Virus record (IMG/VR): IMGVR_UViG_2786546892_000017
Length of the DNA stretch: 64,000 bases
Source: a virus
Lineage: Duplodnaviria; Caudoviricetes
Reading direction: 5' to 3' (one strand)
The notes beneath the pieces are model-generated. The model did no database searches, was not told where the DNA came from, and saw nothing but the letters and a program-made list of their open reading frames with translations. The first letter of the stretch is position 1, and each line of letters starts with the position of its first letter. Shown piece after piece: positions 1-7,091 of the stretch. The position numbers and the translations under genes were made by a program.

Positions 1-112
1 CGTTCGGACCTGGCACCTCCGAGAACGGCGCGGGGAACCGCAACCCCTCGACGGCCCGGAGGCGACGGTCGAGGGCGTCCAGGCGGGCACGGTCGGCTGC
101 TGAGTCTGCCAT
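1..112 (-). CDS. 5' part of a probable late/tail gene, truncated by the window edge
   Basis: ATG at 112 (MADSAADRARLDALDRRLRAVEG...) lies 6 nt downstream of a class-B promoter. Confidence 0.55.
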   Translation of the reverse strand, partial: MADSAADRARLDALDRRLRAVEGLRFPAPFSEVPGPN

Positions 113-118
113 AGGGGG

Positions 119-142
119 AATGTGGGGTCCGCGGGGGAACAC
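119..142 (-). promoter_or_regulatory. class-B (late) promoter, variant
   Basis: GTGTTCCC-N10-CACATT, ATG 6 nt downstream. Confidence 0.6.
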
Positions 143-149
143 TGTGAGC

Positions 150-175
150 ATCCTAACGAGGTCCGTTGCCTGAGT
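150..175 (-). promoter_or_regulatory. class-A promoter
   Basis: ACTCAGGCAAC-N9-TAGGAT. Confidence 0.75.
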
Positions 176-179
176 GAGA

Positions 180-203
180 TAGTGCCCACGAACCGGCCAC
201 ATT
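180..203 (+). promoter_or_regulatory. class-B (late) promoter, variant
   Basis: TAGTGCCC-N10-CACATT, ATG at 211 is 7 nt downstream. Confidence 0.7.
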
Positions 204-210
204 CGGGGGC

Positions 211-1434
211 ATGGCAGAACTGGAAAGCGAAGAAATCGGCGGCGACGACCTGTTCCCCGGCGTGCCCAGCTCGGGCTCCCCGGCGTCGTACATTTTGCCC
301 GAGCCCGACCCCGCCGATAATTTCGACGCGGATACCAATTGGTCCGAGCAAGTCACCGGCAACGAGGCCCCGGGCGGCGGGTCGTCTTTTAGTCGCGACG
401 AGGGGAATGCGGGGTTGTACGGCTATGTACCGTACAACATGGTTCGGACCGCCGTAAGAGACATGGTCGGGTACTGTTGGGCCGACCAAGGGCCGCCTTG
501 GCAACTCCACCGCGTCAACCCGTGGCAACACCCGGACTTCCCGTGGATGCGGTGCCAAAGTGTTCACGTGCAACCAGTTAACCCGTGTGGAGGTCCGAGT
601 CAGGCGGACCCGACAACCAACGTGATCTGGACCAATTCGGCGGCCACGACGGCGCCTCAGTGGTCGAGCGCAGCGACGGCGGCCGTGCGCCCGAAGCGGC
701 AGATCAACTACACGCGGGCCGCGTGTACCCTGAGCTTCAAGCCGTTCCCGTACGTCTTCTTGGAAGACGCGGATATGCAGGCGTATGGGTTGAAGGAGTA
801 TTATCGTAACTGTGATAGATTTTCTAGTATAGACCCGGCCCTCACGACGTTGATGGCCTCGGCTACTCCGTTCATGACTTTTTTGGAGGGTCTGGACAAC
901 TCCACACCCGGCAAGCCGCTGACCAGTTTTACGCCGCCGCAGATGTTTCAAGGTGATTTGTACGAGCTGCTATGTCAAACGGATCTGGTCTTGGCATGGT
1001 ACGGGGTGCCGTTGGATTTTGTCTGCGACCCCTACCTTCCGAGCAAAATCCTTGCATGTGTAGGCACGGTTAACATTAATGATCAGTGGCTGAACGTGTT
1101 TCCCAAAGGCACGTTGTTGCTGAATGCCCCACACATTAGAAAATCAATACAGAACGTCTGGACAACACCGAACACGATTGGCTTCACAGTCGACGTGTTT
1201 TTCCCGTTCAAATTTTTCAATCCAACAGCTGGCGTTATGCTGGACTACCAGGACGGACGAACCTCATCCCTGACTCAACCGGTTTTTAACGGGCACAATT
1301 TGTTCCCGCTCGGGACGACTGGCAGATACTATTCGGCCGCCAGAAAGAACAAGAATACCCAGCAGGGAGATCCGACAAAGCCACTGATTTCATTCAGCGA
1401 TTTCGACACGATGTTCGCACATGTGAAATCGTAG
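211..1434 (+). CDS. probable virion/tail protein (407 aa), inverted relative to the other structural genes
   Basis: long ORF rich in aromatic residues, Pro and Thr; lies distal to tape measure; has its own class-B promoter. Confidence 0.6.
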   Translation: MAELESEEIGGDDLFPGVPSSGSPASYILPEPDPADNFDADTNWSEQVTGNEAPGGGSSFSRDEGNAGLYGYVPYNMVRTAVRDMVGYCWADQGPPWQLHRVNPWQHPDFPWMRCQSVHVQPVNPCGGPSQADPTTNVIWTNSAATTAPQWSSAATAAVRPKRQINYTRAACTLSFKPFPYVFLEDADMQAYGLKEYYRNCDRFSSIDPALTTLMASATPFMTFLEGLDNSTPGKPLTSFTPPQMFQGDLYELLCQTDLVLAWYGVPLDFVCDPYLPSKILACVGTVNINDQWLNVFPKGTLLLNAPHIRKSIQNVWTTPNTIGFTVDVFFPFKFFNPTAGVMLDYQDGRTSSLTQPVFNGHNLFPLGTTGRYYSAARKNKNTQQGDPTKPLISFSDFDTMFAHVKS

Positions 1435-1439
1435 CCACT

Positions 1440-1465
1440 ACTCAGGCAACGCCACCCGCTACAAT
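1440..1465 (+). promoter_or_regulatory. class-A promoter
   Basis: ACTCAGGCAAC-N9-TACAAT, 5 nt after the stop of the upstream gene. Confidence 0.8.
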
Positions 1466-1471
1466 TCCCTT

Positions 1472-1566
1472 GACGACCAGCGCGGAGTAGCTACCGCGCG
1501 TAAACCTTCCGGCCGGCACTGCGGGTTGCGTTCCCCTGTGGTGTCGGCCGGAGGGCGGGTCGTTAC
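1472..1566 (+). ncRNA. structured ~95-nt RNA or leader, copy 1
   Basis: closing stem GACGACC/GGTCGTT, hairpin CGCGG-AGTAGCTA-CCGCG and a long CCTTCCGGCCGGCAC...GTGTCGGCCGGAGGG hairpin; compensatory changes versus copy 2. Confidence 0.65.
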
Positions 1567-1579
1567 GAGGGAACGCACG

Positions 1580-1831
1580 ATGAGTGGAGATACTCCTGGC
1601 ACCGAGACCGATGTCACGTGCCCGCAATGCGACAAGCAATTCATCTGGGTTGTCCCGTCCCCACCGCCGGTCCCAGAATCCGGACCGTGGCAGTTGCGAA
1701 AATCGGGCGACGTGTGGGTCGTCTGCCCAAAATGTAAATACACCTTCCCAGGCAACCTGCCTTTAGAAATCAACAAGGGGATCAAGTGGCCGCAACCGAA
1801 ACTGACGGACAACCCGGGCGAGCAAAGTTGA
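1580..1831 (+). CDS. small Zn-ribbon protein
   Basis: CPQC...CPKC motifs; GAGG upstream of the ATG at 1580. Confidence 0.6.
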   Translation: MSGDTPGTETDVTCPQCDKQFIWVVPSPPPVPESGPWQLRKSGDVWVVCPKCKYTFPGNLPLEINKGIKWPQPKLTDNPGEQS

Positions 1832-2301
1832 TCGCGCGATTACCCGGCCCGGCGGAAGCCGCATACCACGCCACGGCTATCAAGACCGTCGAGCAAACCG
1901 TCCCCACGCTGAACGATTTTTTGGGCAAGATGGTCACGCTCAACGCGGCCCTCCTCGGCGGCGGCTTCTTGGTGGCCAAAGGCGACGTGCTACCGATTTG
2001 GTGGGGTATCCTTGTGATGATCTCGCTTCTGATTTCGCTGAGCGTGGCACTCTGGGGGTTAATGCCAGAGCGGTCGAACGTAAACTTGGACGCGAGGGGC
2101 GGGTTGGAAGCCTACCGAGAATTTGATAACAAGTTGATCGCTAAGAAAGATTGCGCCATCCAAGGGAGCGCCGCCGCGATAATTGCAGCGTTCGCGATCG
2201 GGGTCGTGGGGCTGGCGGTCAAGGCTTGGCCGAGCGAGACAACCGCCACCCAGACTACGGCCGAGCGAGTCAAAGCCGACGGCCACCCGACCGGGAAGTG
2301 A
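1786..2301 (+). CDS. 3-TM membrane protein (possible exclusion/defence effector)
   Basis: three hydrophobic segments; C-terminus ERVKADGHPTGK is shared with 6060-6656; start may instead be TTG 1828. Confidence 0.7.
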   Translation: MAATETDGQPGRAKLIARLPGPAEAAYHATAIKTVEQTVPTLNDFLGKMVTLNAALLGGGFLVAKGDVLPIWWGILVMISLLISLSVALWGLMPERSNVNLDARGGLEAYREFDNKLIAKKDCAIQGSAAAIIAAFAIGVVGLAVKAWPSETTATQTTAERVKADGHPTGK

Positions 2302-2312
2302 GGGTCGGGCGG
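2262..2312. repeat. ~50-bp inverted repeat (partner 6049-6099) with a stem-loop over the stop codon
   Basis: CGAGCGAGTCAAAGCCGACGGCCACCCGACCGGGAAGTGAGGGTCGGGCGG versus the reverse complement of 6049-6099. Confidence 0.9.
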
Positions 2313-2328
2313 CAGAGGCGACCAATTA

Positions 2329-2550
2329 TCAGATAGACCCCGCACCTATCCCCCGCTGAAACCCTTGGATCGACCGATGCCGGAAGGTCAAAGGCTCGAT
2401 CTTCGCCCCGCCGTGCTTCGCCCACACGACCGGGGCGATCTCGGCGAGGGCCAACGCCACCCCGATCCGGTCGTGGGCCGTAATCGTCTGCTCCATGAAG
2501 TCGGCCACCTTCTTCACCCGCTCGTCCAACGTCAGTTCGGGGTCGGGCAC
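2329..2550 (-). CDS. hypothetical protein
   Basis: plausible ORF downstream of the class-A promoter at 2667; an in-frame upstream ATG is cut off by a TAA. Confidence 0.45.
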   Translation of the reverse strand: MPDPELTLDERVKKVADFMEQTITAHDRIGVALALAEIAPVVWAKHGGAKIEPLTFRHRSIQGFQRGIGAGSI

Positions 2551-2666
2551 CGCGGGCAGGTGCCCCGAGTGGCCCTTGGCGCACGGCTGCTGGGGGAGTT
2601 AGCATTCGGGGACGAAATTCGTCGTCATGTGTTGCGGCCTCGCGGAATGGGTGTGGGTACGCGGGC

Positions 2667-2693
2667 ATTGTAACGTGGGGCGTTGCCTGACTC
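2667..2693 (-). promoter_or_regulatory. class-A promoter
   Basis: GAGTCAGGCAAC-N9-TACAAT. Confidence 0.8.
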
Positions 2694-2695
2694 AG

Positions 2696-3058
2696 CTACC
2701 ACGCCGGCCATCTACCCCAAATCTCGCGGCCGATCAGATATGTCGCACTCCCGGCGAGGAAGGCGTGCGGCCAATACCTCGCGGCCGATTCCAACTGGCT
2801 CATCCGCGGTTGTTCGTCAATTTCTCGGGGCTTGTAACACTGCTCCAGATCAGCAGCAAATCCGCCATGGCAAGTAGGGCATTCGACCAACGCGGGCGGG
2901 CTAACGCCATCGAGGTGGTAGGCTCTCACGACTAATTTCGCGCGGCACGCTGGGCAGTCGGCAAGAATCTCCACACCGGCTGCTGGGAAATGCTCGGGTC
3001 TGGCTGCCATACTCGCTTCCATCACGCTTTCCCTGACGATTCCGGCGCACGCCAACAT
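2696..3058 (-). CDS. Zn-finger hypothetical protein
   Basis: CPAC...CPTC; true start is probably downstream of the promoter at 3057. Confidence 0.55.
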   Translation of the reverse strand: MLACAGIVRESVMEASMAARPEHFPAAGVEILADCPACRAKLVVRAYHLDGVSPPALVECPTCHGGFAADLEQCYKPREIDEQPRMSQLESAARYWPHAFLAGSATYLIGREIWGRWPAW

Positions 3059-3082
3059 CCTACCACCCGCCGTTGCCTGAGT
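3057..3082 (-). promoter_or_regulatory. class-A promoter
   Basis: ACTCAGGCAAC-N9-TAGGAT. Confidence 0.8.
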
Positions 3083-3132
3083 GGGACGACGCCGGCCCCC
3101 GGGAAACTGAAACACCCTCCGGGGGCGATTCG

Positions 3133-3411
3133 CTAGATGTCACCCGGGCCTTCATATGGGCTCCAGGCCAACACCTTCGGTCGGTCCAATTTCACTTCTG
3201 TGGCCACGACGTGAACACAGAGGAATGTCCTCGTTCCCATGAGCGACAACGCCTCCTCCTCAGTGCGGGCAACCACGAAGACACGGGCCTCACCATCCCA
3301 ACTGTCGGTCCCGCCTTCGTCACCGTCGGGGTCTTTCGAGCCGATGATGTAAAGATTGTAGGTGCCCATGCGATGGGGTCTCCGTGGGTGTGGGGGTAGA
3401 AAAGAAGACAA
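3133..3411 (-). CDS. hypothetical protein
   Basis: plausible composition; likely start at MGTYNL. Confidence 0.55.
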   Translation of the reverse strand: MSSFLPPHPRRPHRMGTYNLYIIGSKDPDGDEGGTDSWDGEARVFVVARTEEEALSLMGTRTFLCVHVVATEVKLDRPKVLAWSPYEGPGDI

Positions 3412-3452
3412 CCGTAGCGATCGCCGTTACGGTTGTGATTGCCTCACGGCCT

Positions 3453-3472
3453 TTTTACCGGTATCGGTAAAA
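3453..3472. promoter_or_regulatory. palindromic operator-like site
   Basis: TTTTACCG-GTAT-CGGTAAAA in intergenic DNA. Confidence 0.55.
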
Positions 3473-3498
3473 TGTAGATGCAACTGTATGTCCGCAGA

Positions 3499-4245
3499 CT
3501 AGTTCCGCATCCCGGCCAGATCCGAGAACAGGTTCCGTGCGGGTGGCGACTGCCGTTCGGCCGCGATCACTTCGTCCATGATGCGGTCAATGGCGTCGTC
3601 CAGACAGTTCACCTGCGGGCCGTCCCACACGAGCCACCCGCCGACCTTGTCGGGCACCTCGCCGAACCGCAGCAGCAGGAGGTGACTGGCGAGCCGCGAG
3701 ATCTTCCCCCGCTGCTTCGTGGTGGTCGTCAGCCGCCGGTGGTGGCAACGCTCGGCCACGGTGAACCGAGTGATGGAGCGGACCGAACGGCTGTGGTCGA
3801 TCGCCGCCATGACCTGCTTGACCGTTTCGATGACGATGAGGGCGATTTGCTGGGCGGTCATCCCGGACGGCGTCGGCTCCTGTTTCGGGCCGAAGAAGTG
3901 GGCGTGCAAGACGTCGGCACATTCGTTTTGATACAGCTCGATTTTCTTGACCAGTTCGGGCTTGTCCTTGGCTACGCGGTTCACGTCCAACGTCGCCAGC
4001 CACATGGCCACCCGCTCCCGGGGGATCATCACGGCTTCCTGCTCGTGCCCGCGGGCGTCTCGTATCAAGATCATCTTGATACGAGCCCACGGCTTCTTCT
4101 TCAGCCGCTCCTGTTGCCCCTGCGGTGAAATGCTGAACGACTCGCACACGCGGCGCACGGAGACGAAGATTTCCCCGTCATCCAGTTTCACGGCGTCGAT
4201 CACGTCGTCGTGAAACTTCACCGGCACCAACTCATAACCAGCCAT
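3499..4245 (-). CDS. phage antirepressor (P22 Ant N-terminal-type domain)
   Basis: VPVKFHDDVI...FVSVRRVCESFSI...Q..RLK...WLATLDVNRV...LYQNECADVLHAHF fits the P22_AR_N pattern. Confidence 0.85.
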   Translation of the reverse strand: MAGYELVPVKFHDDVIDAVKLDDGEIFVSVRRVCESFSISPQGQQERLKKKPWARIKMILIRDARGHEQEAVMIPRERVAMWLATLDVNRVAKDKPELVKKIELYQNECADVLHAHFFGPKQEPTPSGMTAQQIALIVIETVKQVMAAIDHSRSVRSITRFTVAERCHHRRLTTTTKQRGKISRLASHLLLLRFGEVPDKVGGWLVWDGPQVNCLDDAIDRIMDEVIAAERQSPPARNLFSDLAGMRN

Positions 4246-4297
4246 GTTGCCGATCCTCAGAAGGTAAGTAATCAAAACCTTCCCACACTCGCAATGC

Positions 4298-4323
4298 ACT
4301 CTAGCTACCTGCGTTGCCTGAGT
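4298..4323 (-). promoter_or_regulatory. class-A promoter (upstream of the antirepressor)
   Basis: ACTCAGGCAAC-N9-TAGAGT. Confidence 0.8.
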
Positions 4324-4394
4324 GCTCATCCGGCAGATCGCACCCGATAAACGAGAAGACCCCGCCGGGCACGCAGCCAAGCGGGGTCGCACTC

Positions 4395-4742
4395 TCACAC
4401 CATCACCGACCGATACACCTGCGGCCCCTGCCTGCCGCTGCAGCCCAACCCGTCCGCCATTGTTCGGCGGTCCCGTTCGTGCCAAAGTTCCTCGCGGTTC
4501 GCCACTCGCCTCCGCAACTCCTCTACCCTCTCGGCCGATCCTGGATCTGCCTCGCACGCTCTGGCCGCGGGTTTCGTCTCCCGAATTTTGGCCCCGAAGG
4601 TGGTCGGCCGAGTCACGGACCCCGCAGGGTACATCGCACGTACATTCGGTTTCGCGTGGCATGGATGGCAAAGGCGCCGCGGTCGAGTGATCTTCCGTTT
4701 CTTGCAGTGCCGGCAGGGGTCAACGATGGGGGTTGTCACCAC
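4395..4742 (-). CDS. Cys-rich hypothetical protein
   Basis: CRHC...LCHPC, then PGSAERVEELRRR...LWH..D; overlaps the upstream ORF. Confidence 0.65.
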   Translation of the reverse strand: MVTTPIVDPCRHCKKRKITRPRRLCHPCHAKPNVRAMYPAGSVTRPTTFGAKIRETKPAARACEADPGSAERVEELRRRVANREELWHERDRRTMADGLGCSGRQGPQVYRSVMV

Positions 4743-5113
4743 GTCGCACCGGCCCTCTCGCCGATCTCTTCGGCCATGCGGTCCATCTCGTCAGCCGTCA
4801 TCGGGTCCGAGTCGGGCATGTCGTCGAGTAGTCCGTCGATCTGCCGGGCCGTCCGCCACGCGACCACCGATCGACGGATGCGGGCTTCTAAAGCCATTGA
4901 CAGACCATGCTCGCCGTACTGAAGGCTGGAAGCGGGGGCGGACAGGATTGATTCCCGAACTACCTGCTGGACTTCCGCGACATCCTCACCGATGGCAACC
5001 AGCATGCGGCCGAACCGCTCGACGAAATGCCCGGCGTACTTCAGAAAAGAATGTGCGCGTGCGGATTCCGACCGCGGATTGCCCCGCGGTAACAAATGCG
5101 ATACACTTTCCAT
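4736..5113 (-). CDS. hypothetical protein, first gene of the leftward operon
   Basis: GGAG RBS upstream of the ATG. Confidence 0.6.
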   Translation of the reverse strand: MESVSHLLPRGNPRSESARAHSFLKYAGHFVERFGRMLVAIGEDVAEVQQVVRESILSAPASSLQYGEHGLSMALEARIRRSVVAWRTARQIDGLLDDMPDSDPMTADEMDRMAEEIGERAGATW

Positions 5114-5219
5114 CGAACAACTCCGTGTAGAGCAGAGGGGTTCACCGGCTCTCGGGCGTGGACAAGACGCCCGAGAGCCTTGAGAACGATCCGTGTTGCA
5201 CCACAGACCGTCCGGGAAA

Positions 5220-5248
5220 AGTGTAATTTATAAATTACACTGATTCAA
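5220..5248 (-). promoter_or_regulatory. sigma70-type promoter overlapped by a perfect 22-bp palindromic operator
   Basis: minus strand TTGAAT-N17-TACACT; palindrome AGTGTAATTTATAAATTACACT at 5220-5241. Confidence 0.75.
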
Positions 5249-5267
5249 TCCCAGAAGGTCGATTCCC

Positions 5268-5501
5268 ATGATTTTTGTGGCCAAGAAAAAGAGCAGCGAG
5301 GCAACACCGTTCGGCCGCAGGCTTCGCGAAAAGCGTGTGGCGGCAGGACTTTCGCAGCTCGCATTGGCTGAAAAGATAGGGATGTTGCGGCCCGTGATCG
5401 CCAAGTTGGAAACGTCTCCGGACGCCAATCCAACCCTGGACACAATTAAGTCACTGGCCGCCGCACTTGATGTGAATCCCGCGGATTTGATCGCGGACTG
5501 A
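5268..5501 (+). CDS. XRE-family HTH repressor
   Basis: FGRRLREKRVAAGLSQLALAEKIG...IAKLE...NPTLDTIKSLAAALDV. Confidence 0.92.
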   Translation: MIFVAKKKSSEATPFGRRLREKRVAAGLSQLALAEKIGMLRPVIAKLETSPDANPTLDTIKSLAAALDVNPADLIAD

Positions 5502-5535
5502 TTCTCTCGGGCGGCCCACTCAGGGGACCGCCACC

Positions 5536-6021
5536 ATGCCACGTGATTACGACGACGATGACAGCAGCGTTGACTTGCCCCGCCGCAAACCAAAGTCCGC
5601 CGGGATACCCGTGTGGCTAATGCTACTCCTCGGCGCCGCCGCCGCGATGGTCCTTGTCTGTGGGGCGGGGATGCTGCTGTTTGTGATCGGCCTGGGCGGG
5701 GCAGCGCGACAGGTTGCAGTGGAACAGAAAGTCCAAGAAGATAATGCGACGGCCGCTGCCAAGCAAGCCAAACTCGATGCAGACAAGGACAAGGGGACCG
5801 CGCCGGCCACAATGACGCGGGAAGAGTTTATGCGAGTCATTGACCGGAAAACTGAAAAGGAAATTATTGCCCTACTTGGCCGCCCAGAATCAACGGACTT
5901 GCATTCTGACGGATCAACATGGCGGTACATGCACCGAACGGTCGACTCGATTTCTGGGAAAACGGACTACAGTGTCCACATTCGTTTTGTTGACGGTGTG
6001 GTAAACAGCGTCACGTTCTAG
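5536..6021 (+). CDS. membrane-anchored protein with a SmpA/BamE-like C-terminal fold
   Basis: one TM segment, then KTEKEIIALLGRPE...WRY...IRFVDGVV; the acidic/basic N-terminus is typical of planctomycete proteins. Confidence 0.65.
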   Translation: MPRDYDDDDSSVDLPRRKPKSAGIPVWLMLLLGAAAAMVLVCGAGMLLFVIGLGGAARQVAVEQKVQEDNATAAAKQAKLDADKDKGTAPATMTREEFMRVIDRKTEKEIIALLGRPESTDLHSDGSTWRYMHRTVDSISGKTDYSVHIRFVDGVVNSVTF

Positions 6022-6048
6022 CCCCCGCATCTCGCCCACCGCCCTCCC

Positions 6049-6099
6049 CCACCCGACCCTTACTTCCCGGTCGGGTGGCTATCGGCTTTGACCCGCTCG
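6049..6099. repeat. ~50-bp inverted repeat (partner 2262-2312)
   Basis: contains the hairpin CCACCCGACC-N10-GGTCGGGTGG spanning the stop codon. Confidence 0.9.
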
Positions 6100-6656
6100 A
6101 CCGGCCCGACTTCGGGAACCGCCACCGTCTTCACCTTCGCCCGCTGTTCGACGATCGCACAAGCCAGCGGAACCGCCAGCAGTCCGACGGAACACGCCGA
6201 CAGGATGGTCGCCACCATTAGCAACCGGGCCTTGCGGTCGCAGCCGAATAGCGTTAGGGCGGTGGCCAACACCCATTGGCCGGCGAACGCGACTTCCCCG
6301 GTCTCCGTCAGGTCCGCCGCGTACCGCGCGGCCAGCGTAACTGATGGTCTGTACACGGTGCCGACCTGCCGCACGAGTATGCCGTACACGATGGACGCGA
6401 TGGCGCACGCGAACGCCGGCATGATCCCGATGGCCGTGGCAGGCCCGATCTTCCCCTCCGCGATGCCGGCGATCGCCCCGACCACGACAAGCCCCGCGCC
6501 CCCGCTGAAATAGCCGATCAACGCTGCCGCCTTGACGTCCAGGTCGTCGAACGTCTTGAGAGCGTAGGCGTGGTCGTCCTTGGCAGCCTGGAGCACCCAC
6601 TTGTGGTCGACGCCGGGGAGCGGGATATAAGACGCTGCCCATGCCTCCGCGTGCAT
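6060..6656 (-). CDS. 3-TM membrane protein (Pycsar-effector-like layout)
   Basis: FDDLDVKAAALIG before TM1 and CDRKARLL before TM3; ends ERVKADSHPTGK. Confidence 0.75.
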   Translation of the reverse strand: MHAEAWAASYIPLPGVDHKWVLQAAKDDHAYALKTFDDLDVKAAALIGYFSGGAGLVVVGAIAGIAEGKIGPATAIGIMPAFACAIASIVYGILVRQVGTVYRPSVTLAARYAADLTETGEVAFAGQWVLATALTLFGCDRKARLLMVATILSACSVGLLAVPLACAIVEQRAKVKTVAVPEVGPVERVKADSHPTGK

Positions 6657-6685
6657 CGCGGGCGACCACTCTCTGAGAATCGAGT

Positions 6686-6829
6686 CTATTTCGGTGGGAA
6701 CCCCCGGCGGAATGGAACCGGCCGCTGCTCCCGGGGTGGGACCGGCGGGGAGGATGGCGGAGGAGGCGGAGGAGGGGGACTGGATGGCGGCGGGGGTGGC
6801 GATGACGGGGCTCCCGATGACTGGCTCAT
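6686..6829 (-). CDS. 47-aa Pro/Ser-rich peptide (not in the ORF track)
   Basis: MSQSSGAPSSPPPPPSSPPPPPPPPSSPPVPPREQRPVPFRRGFPPK*, with AGGA upstream; same cassette position as 1580-1831. Confidence 0.5.
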   Translation of the reverse strand: MSQSSGAPSSPPPPPSSPPPPPPPPSSPPVPPREQRPVPFRRGFPPK

Positions 6830-6918
6830 TGGCGTTCCTGAGAAGTAACCACGCTCAGCACCAGATAGCTAATCCGGTTGTCGTGGCGCCCACCATCATA
6901 CGCCAAAACGCCCGCATT

Positions 6919-7013
6919 GTAACGACCCGCCCTCCGGCCGACACCACAGGGGAACGCAACCCGCAGTGCCGGCCGAAAGGTTTCACACGGTAGCTACTCC
7001 GTGTTGGTCGTCA
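6919..7013 (-). ncRNA. structured ~95-nt RNA or leader, copy 2
   Basis: same fold as 1472-1566; CACGG/CCGTG replaces CGCGG/CCGCG. Confidence 0.65.
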
Positions 7014-7019
7014 CGGGAG

Positions 7020-7045
7020 ATTGTATCTGGTGGCGTTGCCTGAGT
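7020..7045 (-). promoter_or_regulatory. class-A promoter
   Basis: ACTCAGGCAAC-N9-TACAAT. Confidence 0.8.
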
Positions 7046-7091
7046 GGATCAACCGCTGATCGTCCGGAGGAGGAATTCCCGGGCCACTCTG

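Larger units (their letters stand above)
1440..1566. repeat. ~127-bp inverted repeat, left copy (partner 6919-7045)
   Basis: the reverse complement of 6919-7045 matches almost base for base. Confidence 0.95.

Noticed and set aside
1522-1545. GCGTTCCC in the duplicated RNA loop as a class-B box
   Set aside because: No -10 hexamer follows; it is better explained as part of the hairpin.
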